From NCBI GenBank assembly GCA_045559735.1, contig JBJLJN010000014.1:97577-161576 (forward strand): DNA of 64,000 bases, read 5' to 3'. Below, one piece after another: positions 57,000 through 64,000 of this stretch. The translations under genes were made by a program, and so were the position numbers. Within the stretch, counting starts at the first letter, position 1, and every line of letters begins with the position of its first letter. The notes under the pieces were generated by a model. That model was not told where the DNA came from. It searched no databases and saw only the letters and a program-made list of their open reading frames with translations. The DNA comes from Candidatus Thalassarchaeum sp. Its GTDB lineage: Archaea; Thermoplasmatota; Poseidoniia; Poseidoniales; Thalassarchaeaceae.

Positions 57000-57067
57000 C
57001 ACCGAGCATACGCGATGGAGGGGAGGGGTTATTCAACCCAACTGAGGCAGTACGTATAATCGGATAA

Positions 57068-58045
57068 TCATCGCTGTCTGCGGGTAGCAGCGGCGGCCAT
57101 CATACAGGCCAGTGCTGCTAGGGCTCCGGGAGCAGGTAGAGGTGAATCTGGCTCTTTGGGGTACGACCAGTCGATTAGGAGTACCACAGAGAGGTCATTC
57201 CCATCCCAGACTGTCGGTATATCCAGTGTAGATGATCCTGTCAACCCATCGAATTCGTAGGCCTCATGAAGCACATGAAGGTAATAATCCAAGCCATTTG
57301 TTCCCTCTGGGTAGTGGATGCTATCCTCGATAAACATCAACCATGGAGAGAGAGAAATGGTTGGGCAGGTTCCTCCTCCGTCCATGCATTGGTATTCCAA
57401 TCCACTGAGGTTCCATGAGACCTGTAGTGAACCTTGCTCGGACTGGGAAGTAGAGAAGGATGCTGGACCTGTGAAGTGTGATGCTTTGACAGTCGCTAGA
57501 GATGTAGCATAGTCGTCCACAAGACTGTTTGAGTTGGGCTGTGTACCCCAGTGGAGCCTCTCTCCGAAGAAGATGTTTGAGGGTGCTACGCGGGTGCTGG
57601 GGGGTTCACTTGCAGCATAAGAGCCATCGCCATATGTTGACTCCCATCGGAGCTCGGTGGAGTTGCTACCGAATGGGTCTAGAGCTTCGTACTTGTGTCT
57701 GTGATAGTGAATCAAAAAGACCTCGGTGTCTCCAATAGCCTCGTTTAGCGAGTTTTCTGTATATACGCAACTGGTGCACCATGTGGCAGTGTAGACTTCG
57801 ATGACAGGAACGAAGTTTTCCTCCATTACGGTCGTTTCTGTGATGTTAGAACCGTTGCCCAGTGAAATGGCGATTGCTCCGACAGTTCCTCCATTCACGC
57901 CCAATCTTGCATCGTCCCAAAGTGAGCTGCCTTCACTGCTCGAAACCGTAGTCGTGAGTGACGACAGCAGTAGGGCAGCGACGGCAATCGAGGCAATTCG
58001 CATGGCCTTCGCTGGCCTAAGGGATATTGAATGGTTACGGGTCAT
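57068..58045 (-). CDS. Secreted thioredoxin-fold-like protein with PGF-CTERM-like anchor
   Basis: The signal/anchor is MRIASIAVAALLLSSL. YTATWCTSC is a WCxxC redox-type motif. The C-terminus PAPGALAALACMMAAAATRRQR resembles an archaeosortase PGF-CTERM signal. Confidence 0.55.
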   Translation of the reverse strand: MTRNHSISLRPAKAMRIASIAVAALLLSSLTTTVSSSEGSSLWDDARLGVNGGTVGAIAISLGNGSNITETTVMEENFVPVIEVYTATWCTSCVYTENSLNEAIGDTEVFLIHYHRHKYEALDPFGSNSTELRWESTYGDGSYAASEPPSTRVAPSNIFFGERLHWGTQPNSNSLVDDYATSLATVKASHFTGPASFSTSQSEQGSLQVSWNLSGLEYQCMDGGGTCPTISLSPWLMFIEDSIHYPEGTNGLDYYLHVLHEAYEFDGLTGSSTLDIPTVWDGNDLSVVLLIDWSYPKEPDSPLPAPGALAALACMMAAAATRRQR

Positions 58046-59088
58046 TGAGCGGTTTCGAATGCTGCAATGGCACGGTCGATGTCCTCGTCGGTAATGTGCA
58101 GATGCACGACAGCTCTGATTGTCGAGTCTTCGAGATCAAGTACATCTACACCCATTGAAGCCAGATTCTGAACGAGTGCCTTAGCACCACCTTCACTACA
58201 ATCGACATAAACCATGTTCGATTGTACAGCCTCGATGTCAACCGAGTAAGCATCCATTGCGTTCACAGCCTCTGCGAGTCGGCGGGCTCTGGCATGGTCA
58301 TCGACTAGCCTGTCGATATTATTCTCAAGTGCGTACAACCCTGCAGCTGCAAGCATCCCTGCCTGCCTCATCCCACCACCGAACATCTTGCGCCATCTAT
58401 GTGCCTCGGAGATTGTTGACGCGTCCCCTACCAAAACTGAACCCACAGGAGCACCCAGGCCCTTTGACAGGCAAATTGAGATAGTGTCGAAATCCCTTAC
58501 CATTCTAGCCGGGTCGGTTCCGCTGGTAACGACTGCGTTGAACATTCTAGCGCCATCCAAGTGAGCTCTGCAGTCGTTTTTGTGTGCGACTTCACATATT
58601 GCATCCAGAGTTTCTTGATCGTAGACCGATCCTCCACCTACATTAGCGGTGTTCTCAACACATATCAGTGTGCATTCAGGATAGTGAGAGTCACTTCCTG
58701 CAACCTTTCTAATCGCTTTCTGGACGTTTTCTGGTGACATTTGTCCCATCTCTCCATCAACGAGTGAAATCGAGCATCCAGCGAGTACAGCATAGCCTCC
58801 AGCCTCGTACATGTAGATGTGGCTCTTGCGATGGGTGACGATTTCATCCCCAGGTCTGGTCTGGGTCTTGATTGCCACAGCATTCGACATAGTCCCGGAG
58901 GGGACGAACAGAGCGGCATCCTTACCTAGCATCTGAGCAACACGATTCTGAAGCTCAATGACAGTGGGGTCATCTCCCAAGACATCGTCGCCGACGGCGG
59001 CCATTGCCATGGCCTTACGCATGTCTTGAGTGGGTTGAGTGACTGTGTCACTGCGCAAGTCGACCCTGTCACTGGGGTAGTCTCGCAT
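58042..59088 (-). CDS. ltaE: Low-specificity L-threonine aldolase
   Basis: DLRSDTVTQPT, GTMSNAVAI and the PLP-lysine region CLSKGLGAPVGSVL are present. Confidence 0.85.
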   Translation of the reverse strand: MRDYPSDRVDLRSDTVTQPTQDMRKAMAMAAVGDDVLGDDPTVIELQNRVAQMLGKDAALFVPSGTMSNAVAIKTQTRPGDEIVTHRKSHIYMYEAGGYAVLAGCSISLVDGEMGQMSPENVQKAIRKVAGSDSHYPECTLICVENTANVGGGSVYDQETLDAICEVAHKNDCRAHLDGARMFNAVVTSGTDPARMVRDFDTISICLSKGLGAPVGSVLVGDASTISEAHRWRKMFGGGMRQAGMLAAAGLYALENNIDRLVDDHARARRLAEAVNAMDAYSVDIEAVQSNMVYVDCSEGGAKALVQNLASMGVDVLDLEDSTIRAVVHLHITDEDIDRAIAAFETAQ

Positions 59089-59131
59089 GGGTTCTCGCGG
59101 AGACCCTATCGCATATCAACTGCGCTGAGAT

Positions 59132-62100
59132 TTATTCTTCCTCACGAAGGGGGGCGGTATTCTGAGCCTCAGGAGGTCTGCGCGCCTTGCGCTTGCCTCT
59201 CTTAGGAGAGGGTTTGGCATTATTCTGGAACTGCATGAAGACTACTACAATGACTAGGATGGCTACTATTGCAGCAATGGCAAACATGGGTAAACCGCTG
59301 TCGACACCTTCGCAACTGGTCATACCTCTCTCTGTCTGCGATTGCCCCTCGGGGCACTCGCTCTGACTAGTAGCACCAAACTCTGAAACAAAATGGCCGG
59401 AATCGGCCAAATTGCATGACATCATTCCGGCTAATGGCTGATACGAACCGGGTTTGCAGGAAGTCTGAGATATTGCTGCCTTGACTGGGACATAGTGACC
59501 CGGGTCAGAAGTAACACACTCGGTCTGAGCTGGGAGGCCTTGATAGGTGCCTCTGTCACAGGGAATCTGTGCTTCCATTCCCTCATTAGGGGCAATATTT
59601 CCCGGTTCAGCATCGATACATCCAACTTGGCCCGCCTCTGGTTGATAGGTCCCCCTCTCACAGACAATGGATTCGGTTGCACCAGTACCGCTCACATAGC
59701 GACCCTTTTCAGAATCAATGCACTCTGATTGTCCGGTGGAAAGCTGGTAGGTACCCGCAGAGCATGCAATCTGCTCAGAAGAGGTCGGCCCGGGGACGTA
59801 ATGTCCGAAATCTGCCTCGATGCATGACGTAGCTGATGAGGAGTCTTGGTAAGTCCCTGATTCACATGCTATCTGTTCCGAAGATCCTGACTCAACGGTG
59901 TAGAAACCGGGGTCATTCTCAATGCAGGATGATTGGCCAGTAGAAGTTTGGTGGGTACCTGCCGGACATGGTTCCTGATTGGCCGAACCCTCATCGCTGA
60001 CATAGTGTCCTGTATCGGCCGACGTGCATTGATCCATACCCATCACCGGGGCATAGGTGCCAGCTTCGCATTCTGTCTGGCTAGAATTGCCCGGGACCGG
60101 CGAGAAATAGCCGGGATTGGTTTCGATGCAATCGACAGCTTCTGAGTTTGGTTGGTAGGTTCCGGCAGGACATGGTATCGCATAGGAGGATCCAGACACA
60201 TCTGTGTAGAAGCCGGGATTGTTTGCTATACAACTCGTCATGCCGCTTGAATCCTGATAGAAACCCGGTTGGCAGGCGACTTGTTCGGTTGCTCCGACTC
60301 CAGAGACGTAGTGACCCCTATCTGCAGTCAGGCAATGGGAGTTGCCAGCAGAAGGAGCGTATGTTCCAACTGCACATTGTGTCTGATCGGTGGCCCCGAA
60401 TTCAGCAGTATAGTATCCCTCAGTAGTACTGAAGCAGTACGGCTGACCGGGGATTGGCTGGTATGTTCCTGGAGGGCATTCCTCCTGCTCTGTCTGCATA
60501 CTCAGTTGAACGTAGTGCCCTGAATTAGCTGGGATGCAGGTTGCCTGTCCTGCTAGGGGTTGGTAGGTTCCCGCAGAACATGGCATAGGCTGAGTAGAGC
60601 CAGTTGCGCTGTAGTTTCCGGGCTCCACGTCTATGCAAACCTCTCCATACTGTCCGCTGTTTGGATTGTAAGTGCCCGCTGGGCAAGGTAGTTGGTAGGT
60701 CGCAGAGGAGTTGACATCAGTATAGTATCCTGAGTCCACAACTAAACAACTAGACTGGCCTGAGTTGGGCTGGTATGTACCTGCAGGACACGGAATCTGA
60801 TACCCCAGATCGCTGGCAGAGTAGTGCCCAGGATCTGCAGCAATACAACCAGATGTGTTGCTAATCGAATAGTATCCCGGAGTGCAATTTGGAGTAAACG
60901 GGGAGGTGTCGAAGATGGATAGGATATCATCATCGTCCGGATCCCTCTCTCCCAACTGAGCATCTTGGTCAACTAAGCCTGTGCAGTCTTGAGATGCATC
61001 TTCATCACAAGTAGGACCTAGATTAATCACGGAGGGAGAAAAACTGTCCACCCAGGTGCCATCTCCCAATTCACCATGGGTATTATCTCCCCAGCAATAT
61101 GCAGAAGCATCTGATGAAATTGCGCATGTGTGGTCAAAGCCGGTGGAAATCGTGGAGAAGGTGACCCCTTGAGGTGTAGCTACCTGTGAAGGGAGTGCCC
61201 GGTAGGTGAGTGAGCTGCCAATCCCAAGCTGTCCATCTGTGTTCAGACCCCAGCAGAAGGTTCTGTTGTCATTCAGGATAGCGCAGACGTGATTTTCTCC
61301 CACATCTATGGCAATTGCAGTAGTACCCTGAGGGAGCAAGGCCAGTTTGGCCGGGTCAGTATCGTTGGCTTGTGTGGTAGTTGTTCCGTCTCCGGATTGT
61401 CCGAAATTGTTCAGGCCCCAGCATCTAACGGTTCCATCGTCAAGAATCGCACACGTGTTATGGGAACCTGCTGAAATTGCTGCGACGGTTCTGTTCTGAG
61501 GTAGTACAGCTACGTAAGAGGGTACTGCGAAGGTGGTGCCAATTCCTCCCCATCCGAGTTTCCAATAGGTATCCCATCCCCAGCAGTATGCTGTTCCATT
61601 CAATAGGATCCCACAGGTGTGTTCAGCACCGGCAGAAACCGCAATCCACTTGGCATTGGATGGGTTTCCTGATGTCACCTTTTCGGGGTACCAAAAGGGA
61701 GTATTGCTGATGAATCCCCTTCCGAGTTGTCCCCAATTGTTGTCGCCCCAGCACCACAGTGATTGATCTGTGAGGATTGCGCATGTATGATTGCGCCCTG
61801 AAGAGACCTGAACGACGGAGTTGGAACCCAAGGCGGCCCCTGACGAATCGAACCATGTGGCTTCTGGCAAGAGTGCGGTCTGATTGGAACCATGTTGCGC
61901 CATGTTGTCACGGCCCCAGCACTTCATCCGTCCGTCGGACATTAATGCGCATGTATGTTCGCCGTAGCCTGAGACCTCCAAGGCACTCGATGAACCTCCG
62001 CCAGAGTCAAGATGCACTTTCTTTGGTTCGTTCAGAGATGTGCTCGTGGGGGTGCTTTCTGTGCCTAATTGGAGGTGGTTATTTCTTCCCCAACATCTCA

Positions 62101-62347
62101 TAGAGTGATCTTGTGCCACTGCACAAGTGGAATCTTCCGAGGCACTGATTGTAGAGTACGAGTACGTAGATCCTCCCTGCGAGCCCGGGTAGAACAGAGT
62201 TGAGACGTTTGCATGGGTTTGCTGTGCTGTCTCTTCATTCTTCAGCTCGCTTGATTCCTTAGCGTTAATGGCAGAGGTGAGAGACATTCCAAGGAGAAGA
62301 AGGACCAGAAATATGGACAGTTGGGTTGAGCGTGTTAATCGACTCAT
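59132..62347 (-). CDS. Large surface protein: signal peptide, 7-bladed RCC1-like propeller, about 15-16 two-Cys repeats, C-terminal TM anchor with basic tail
   Basis: The RCC1 blades read CWGRNNHLQLG, CWGRDNMAQHG, CWGDNNWGQLG, CWGWDTYWKLG, CWGLNNFGQSG, CWGLNTDGQLG and CWGDNTHGELG. The repeats have the form CPAGTYQPNSGQSSC-x5-G-x-Y (ephrin-receptor-like / GCC2_GCC3-like). The TM is FAIAAIVAILVIVVVF. Confidence 0.8.
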   Translation of the reverse strand: MSRLTRSTQLSIFLVLLLLGMSLTSAINAKESSELKNEETAQQTHANVSTLFYPGSQGGSTYSYSTISASEDSTCAVAQDHSMRCWGRNNHLQLGTESTPTSTSLNEPKKVHLDSGGGSSSALEVSGYGEHTCALMSDGRMKCWGRDNMAQHGSNQTALLPEATWFDSSGAALGSNSVVQVSSGRNHTCAILTDQSLWCWGDNNWGQLGRGFISNTPFWYPEKVTSGNPSNAKWIAVSAGAEHTCGILLNGTAYCWGWDTYWKLGWGGIGTTFAVPSYVAVLPQNRTVAAISAGSHNTCAILDDGTVRCWGLNNFGQSGDGTTTTQANDTDPAKLALLPQGTTAIAIDVGENHVCAILNDNRTFCWGLNTDGQLGIGSSLTYRALPSQVATPQGVTFSTISTGFDHTCAISSDASAYCWGDNTHGELGDGTWVDSFSPSVINLGPTCDEDASQDCTGLVDQDAQLGERDPDDDDILSIFDTSPFTPNCTPGYYSISNTSGCIAADPGHYSASDLGYQIPCPAGTYQPNSGQSSCLVVDSGYYTDVNSSATYQLPCPAGTYNPNSGQYGEVCIDVEPGNYSATGSTQPMPCSAGTYQPLAGQATCIPANSGHYVQLSMQTEQEECPPGTYQPIPGQPYCFSTTEGYYTAEFGATDQTQCAVGTYAPSAGNSHCLTADRGHYVSGVGATEQVACQPGFYQDSSGMTSCIANNPGFYTDVSGSSYAIPCPAGTYQPNSEAVDCIETNPGYFSPVPGNSSQTECEAGTYAPVMGMDQCTSADTGHYVSDEGSANQEPCPAGTHQTSTGQSSCIENDPGFYTVESGSSEQIACESGTYQDSSSATSCIEADFGHYVPGPTSSEQIACSAGTYQLSTGQSECIDSEKGRYVSGTGATESIVCERGTYQPEAGQVGCIDAEPGNIAPNEGMEAQIPCDRGTYQGLPAQTECVTSDPGHYVPVKAAISQTSCKPGSYQPLAGMMSCNLADSGHFVSEFGATSQSECPEGQSQTERGMTSCEGVDSGLPMFAIAAIVAILVIVVVFMQFQNNAKPSPKRGKRKARRPPEAQNTAPLREEE
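59306..60886 (-). repeat. Coding tandem repeats: about 15-16 units of ~34 aa (C-x2-G-T-Y-x5-7-C-x5-G-x-Y)
   Basis: Residues 488-1014 form the repeat region. The units are diverged at the nucleotide level but strictly in frame. Confidence 0.8.
61043..62140 (-). repeat. Coding repeats: seven RCC1 propeller blades
   Basis: The C-W-G-x-N/D-x-x-G-Q/E-L-G motif recurs seven times at about 50-aa spacing (residues ~70-435). Confidence 0.8.
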
Positions 62348-62507
62348 AGACCGGACAGAACAGACGGAGTAATAACGCTATTCACGGCTCTATGAGGCTG
62401 TTGAAGAAGGTCAAACTCATTTGCATGCAGCCTCACGGGTAGACGTGGCAGGGGGAAACGACATACCGGGCCAGGTGGAGTCTTTCCTGTCCGACAACTG
62501 CCCGCCA

Positions 62508-63725
62508 ATGGGAATCTATGAGACGTTGTACGCATTCAGGGACTCCTTCGGCAGTTTCATGGGAACCGAAGGGACTCATCCATGGTCGCAGGGATTCCCC
62601 CTGACAACACCACTCGAGAACTTTGGAGGACCTTCTCTTCCAGACAGTGTCGATGTCTCTTGGGAGGACCGTTTCTATCCCAAGGCCTGGGGGCACCCGG
62701 AGTTACGCGAGGCCATAGTGGATTTCTACAACTCGCGCTACGGCTCGACTATCGCTCCTGAGAACGTCATGGTTTTCGCAGGAGGAAGGCCGGGAATCTA
62801 TACTGTGATGGCCTTCCTAAAAAAGCATGTCAAAGTTAGAATCGGCAACATCGAGTGGCCTGCTTATCTGGATATCATGACTCAGACAGATACCGAGTAC
62901 GAACTCGTCTCCTTCAGCAAGGAGAATGGTTTCCACCCTCACAATTCCGAGTACTTCGACCGCACAGGAGTCAGTGAAGGTAAGGGCCTGATGCCAGTCA
63001 TCTCGAATCCGCAGAATCCATCGGGACAGACTCGTTGGGGAGAGGAGCTTAGGGAGCTGATCGAGATGGCCGAACAACCCGGCAACGGCATCCTGCTCGA
63101 CGAAGCATACGAGATGTTTCACTCGCCATCAGTTAGTGGCATAGAATTCGTTCAAGATCTTGACAACAGCAACGTCTTCCTATCTGGGGCCTGTACCAAG
63201 GGACTGCAGTCTCCAGGGATCCGCATCGGTTGGATTATCGCCAGCAAGACCAATATCGAAACGATGGCTAATTACTCCAGCTTCGGGATGGGCGGTGTGA
63301 GTCATCCTTCGCAGCACTATGCGGTCAAGTTGCTCGAGTCTGGGCGTGTCGAGCGGGCTCGGAAGGCGGTTGAGCAGCACTACAACTGGCAGCGGGAGCG
63401 TTACGGCATGGCATTTGAGGAGATGGGGCTGGGAGTTTACACCGGAGATGGTGGATTCTACCATTGGCTCGAGCTGCCTGAGGGATTCAATAGTGCTGAG
63501 TTGAACAGGAGGCTTTTCAAGCGCGGAGCAGCAATCCTTTGCGCCTCTGACTGCGACATGGGTCGGCCCCATTCCAAGGATCCGAGTTACCAGACGCCGT
63601 ATTCTCGCTTCTTCCGATTCTCATTCGGACCATTGCTGCCCGAGACGTTCGAATCAGACATCCAATTGTTCAGCGAGGTGTTTGAGGAATACAAGCAAGA
63701 TGTCGCTCACTCGGCCGGGGCATAG
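62508..63725 (+). CDS. Class I/II PLP-dependent aminotransferase
   Basis: SNPQNPSG, LLDEAYEMF and the PLP-lysine region SGACTKGLQSPGIRIGW are present. The start is uncertain: the ORF opens at a TTG at 62421 and the first in-frame ATG is at 62508. Confidence 0.8.
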   Translation: MGIYETLYAFRDSFGSFMGTEGTHPWSQGFPLTTPLENFGGPSLPDSVDVSWEDRFYPKAWGHPELREAIVDFYNSRYGSTIAPENVMVFAGGRPGIYTVMAFLKKHVKVRIGNIEWPAYLDIMTQTDTEYELVSFSKENGFHPHNSEYFDRTGVSEGKGLMPVISNPQNPSGQTRWGEELRELIEMAEQPGNGILLDEAYEMFHSPSVSGIEFVQDLDNSNVFLSGACTKGLQSPGIRIGWIIASKTNIETMANYSSFGMGGVSHPSQHYAVKLLESGRVERARKAVEQHYNWQRERYGMAFEEMGLGVYTGDGGFYHWLELPEGFNSAELNRRLFKRGAAILCASDCDMGRPHSKDPSYQTPYSRFFRFSFGPLLPETFESDIQLFSEVFEEYKQDVAHSAGA

Positions 63726-64000
63726 ATGTTGTAAGCATGTAGAGGTGGAGTGTAGACGTGCAAATTGACCAATTCCGAGTCACTATCGTTTGAGACTCTG
63801 TGAATATCAGGTTCTTCAGCAGCACACACCTCTCCGGGCTGATAATGCCTGACGTTTATCGGGCGAGCTAGGCCCTCTTCATCGGTCTCGTAGATCGTCT
63901 CTGTGGACACTCCATCGACTATCAAGAAGGCGCAATCGCTACCGACGTGGTCGTGAATCGGGGTGTGCTGTCCAGGAGTCCAGCATATCGCGACGAGTTC
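63707..64000 (-). CDS. Cysteine-dioxygenase-type-I-like cupin, C-terminal part (gene runs off the right edge)
   Basis: My own translation, in frame from base 64000, is ELVAICWTPGQHTPIHDHVGSDCAFLIVDGVSTETIYE... This contains the CDO-family W-x-PGQ-x-TPIHDH motif. The listed 63925 start is an internal TTG. It overlaps the aminotransferase 3-prime end by 19 nt (convergent). Confidence 0.7.
   Translation of the reverse strand, partial: ELVAICWTPGQHTPIHDHVGSDCAFLIVDGVSTETIYETDEEGLARPINVRHYQPGEVCAAEEPDIHRVSNDSDSELVNLHVYTPPLHAYNIYAPAE

Noticed and set aside
48517-57002. Reading the UvrD-helicase and nuclease genes as a known phage-defence module (Gabija GajB-like, Nhi-like and similar).
   Set aside because: No ATPase-TOPRIM or other defence partner is present, and the flanks are housekeeping genes. 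The two-subunit layout (degenerate helicase plus Fe-S-type nuclease, followed by active UvrD helicase plus nuclease) matches AddB/AddA. A defence role cannot be excluded, but nothing specific in the sequence supports it.
59306-60886. A periodic ~100-nt repetition that could be mistaken for a CRISPR-like or satellite array.
   Set aside because: The periodicity is in frame within one long ORF and corresponds to ~34-aa Cys-repeat units. The units are diverged, with no repeat-spacer alternation and no cas genes nearby.
1-64000. A search for mobile elements, prophage, genomic-island boundaries, rRNA or CRISPR.
   Set aside because: I saw no integrase, transposase, terminal inverted repeats or direct repeats flanking the tRNA-Thr, and no capsid, terminase or cas-like motifs. 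The tRNA is flanked by pgk and a membrane protein rather than by an insertion.

Overview
The window is almost entirely coding: about 65 genes, short spacers and many 1-4 nt gene overlaps. It reads as a chromosomal segment of a euryarchaeon. Assignment to a planktonic Thermoplasmatota / Marine-Group-II-like lineage is inference from gene content only. Two gene strings are diagnostic for archaea: L21e-Rpo4(RpoF)-DUF655-KsgA (13.7-15.9 kb, minus strand) and FtsZ-SecE-Spt5-L11-L1-P0-P1 (32.5-37.2 kb, plus strand). Pus10, Fap7/AK6, an archaeal-type PGK and one tRNA-Thr(CGU) support this. The rest is housekeeping metabolism (gpmA, uppS, PGM/PMM, RidA, Nudix, M24/M20/M14 peptidases, MtaD-like deaminase, threonine aldolase, aminotransferase), transport (MscS, RND/MMPL exporter, CaCA antiporter) and secreted or membrane proteins. 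I found no rRNA, CRISPR array, integrase, transposase or prophage signature. The observations most worth a second look are: (1) a translationally coupled, bacterial-type AddB/AddA helicase-nuclease pair (48.5-57.0 kb) in which both nuclease modules carry Cys clusters; (2) two tandem paralogous multi-zinc-module proteins (44.8-46.3 kb) with near-identical 5-prime nucleotide blocks, abutting a membrane hexapeptide transferase; (3) an L11 gene that encodes only the linker and C-terminal domain; (4) Spt5 with a 122-residue Nudix-like N-terminal extension; (5) a 551-aa polytopic membrane protein with heme-copper-oxidase-like loop motifs but no CuB histidine pair; (6) a 1071-aa surface protein with 7 RCC1 blades and about 15-16 two-Cys repeats. 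All family calls rest on motifs I recognised by eye in the supplied translations or in my own translations. No database search was possible, and start codons are often uncertain.
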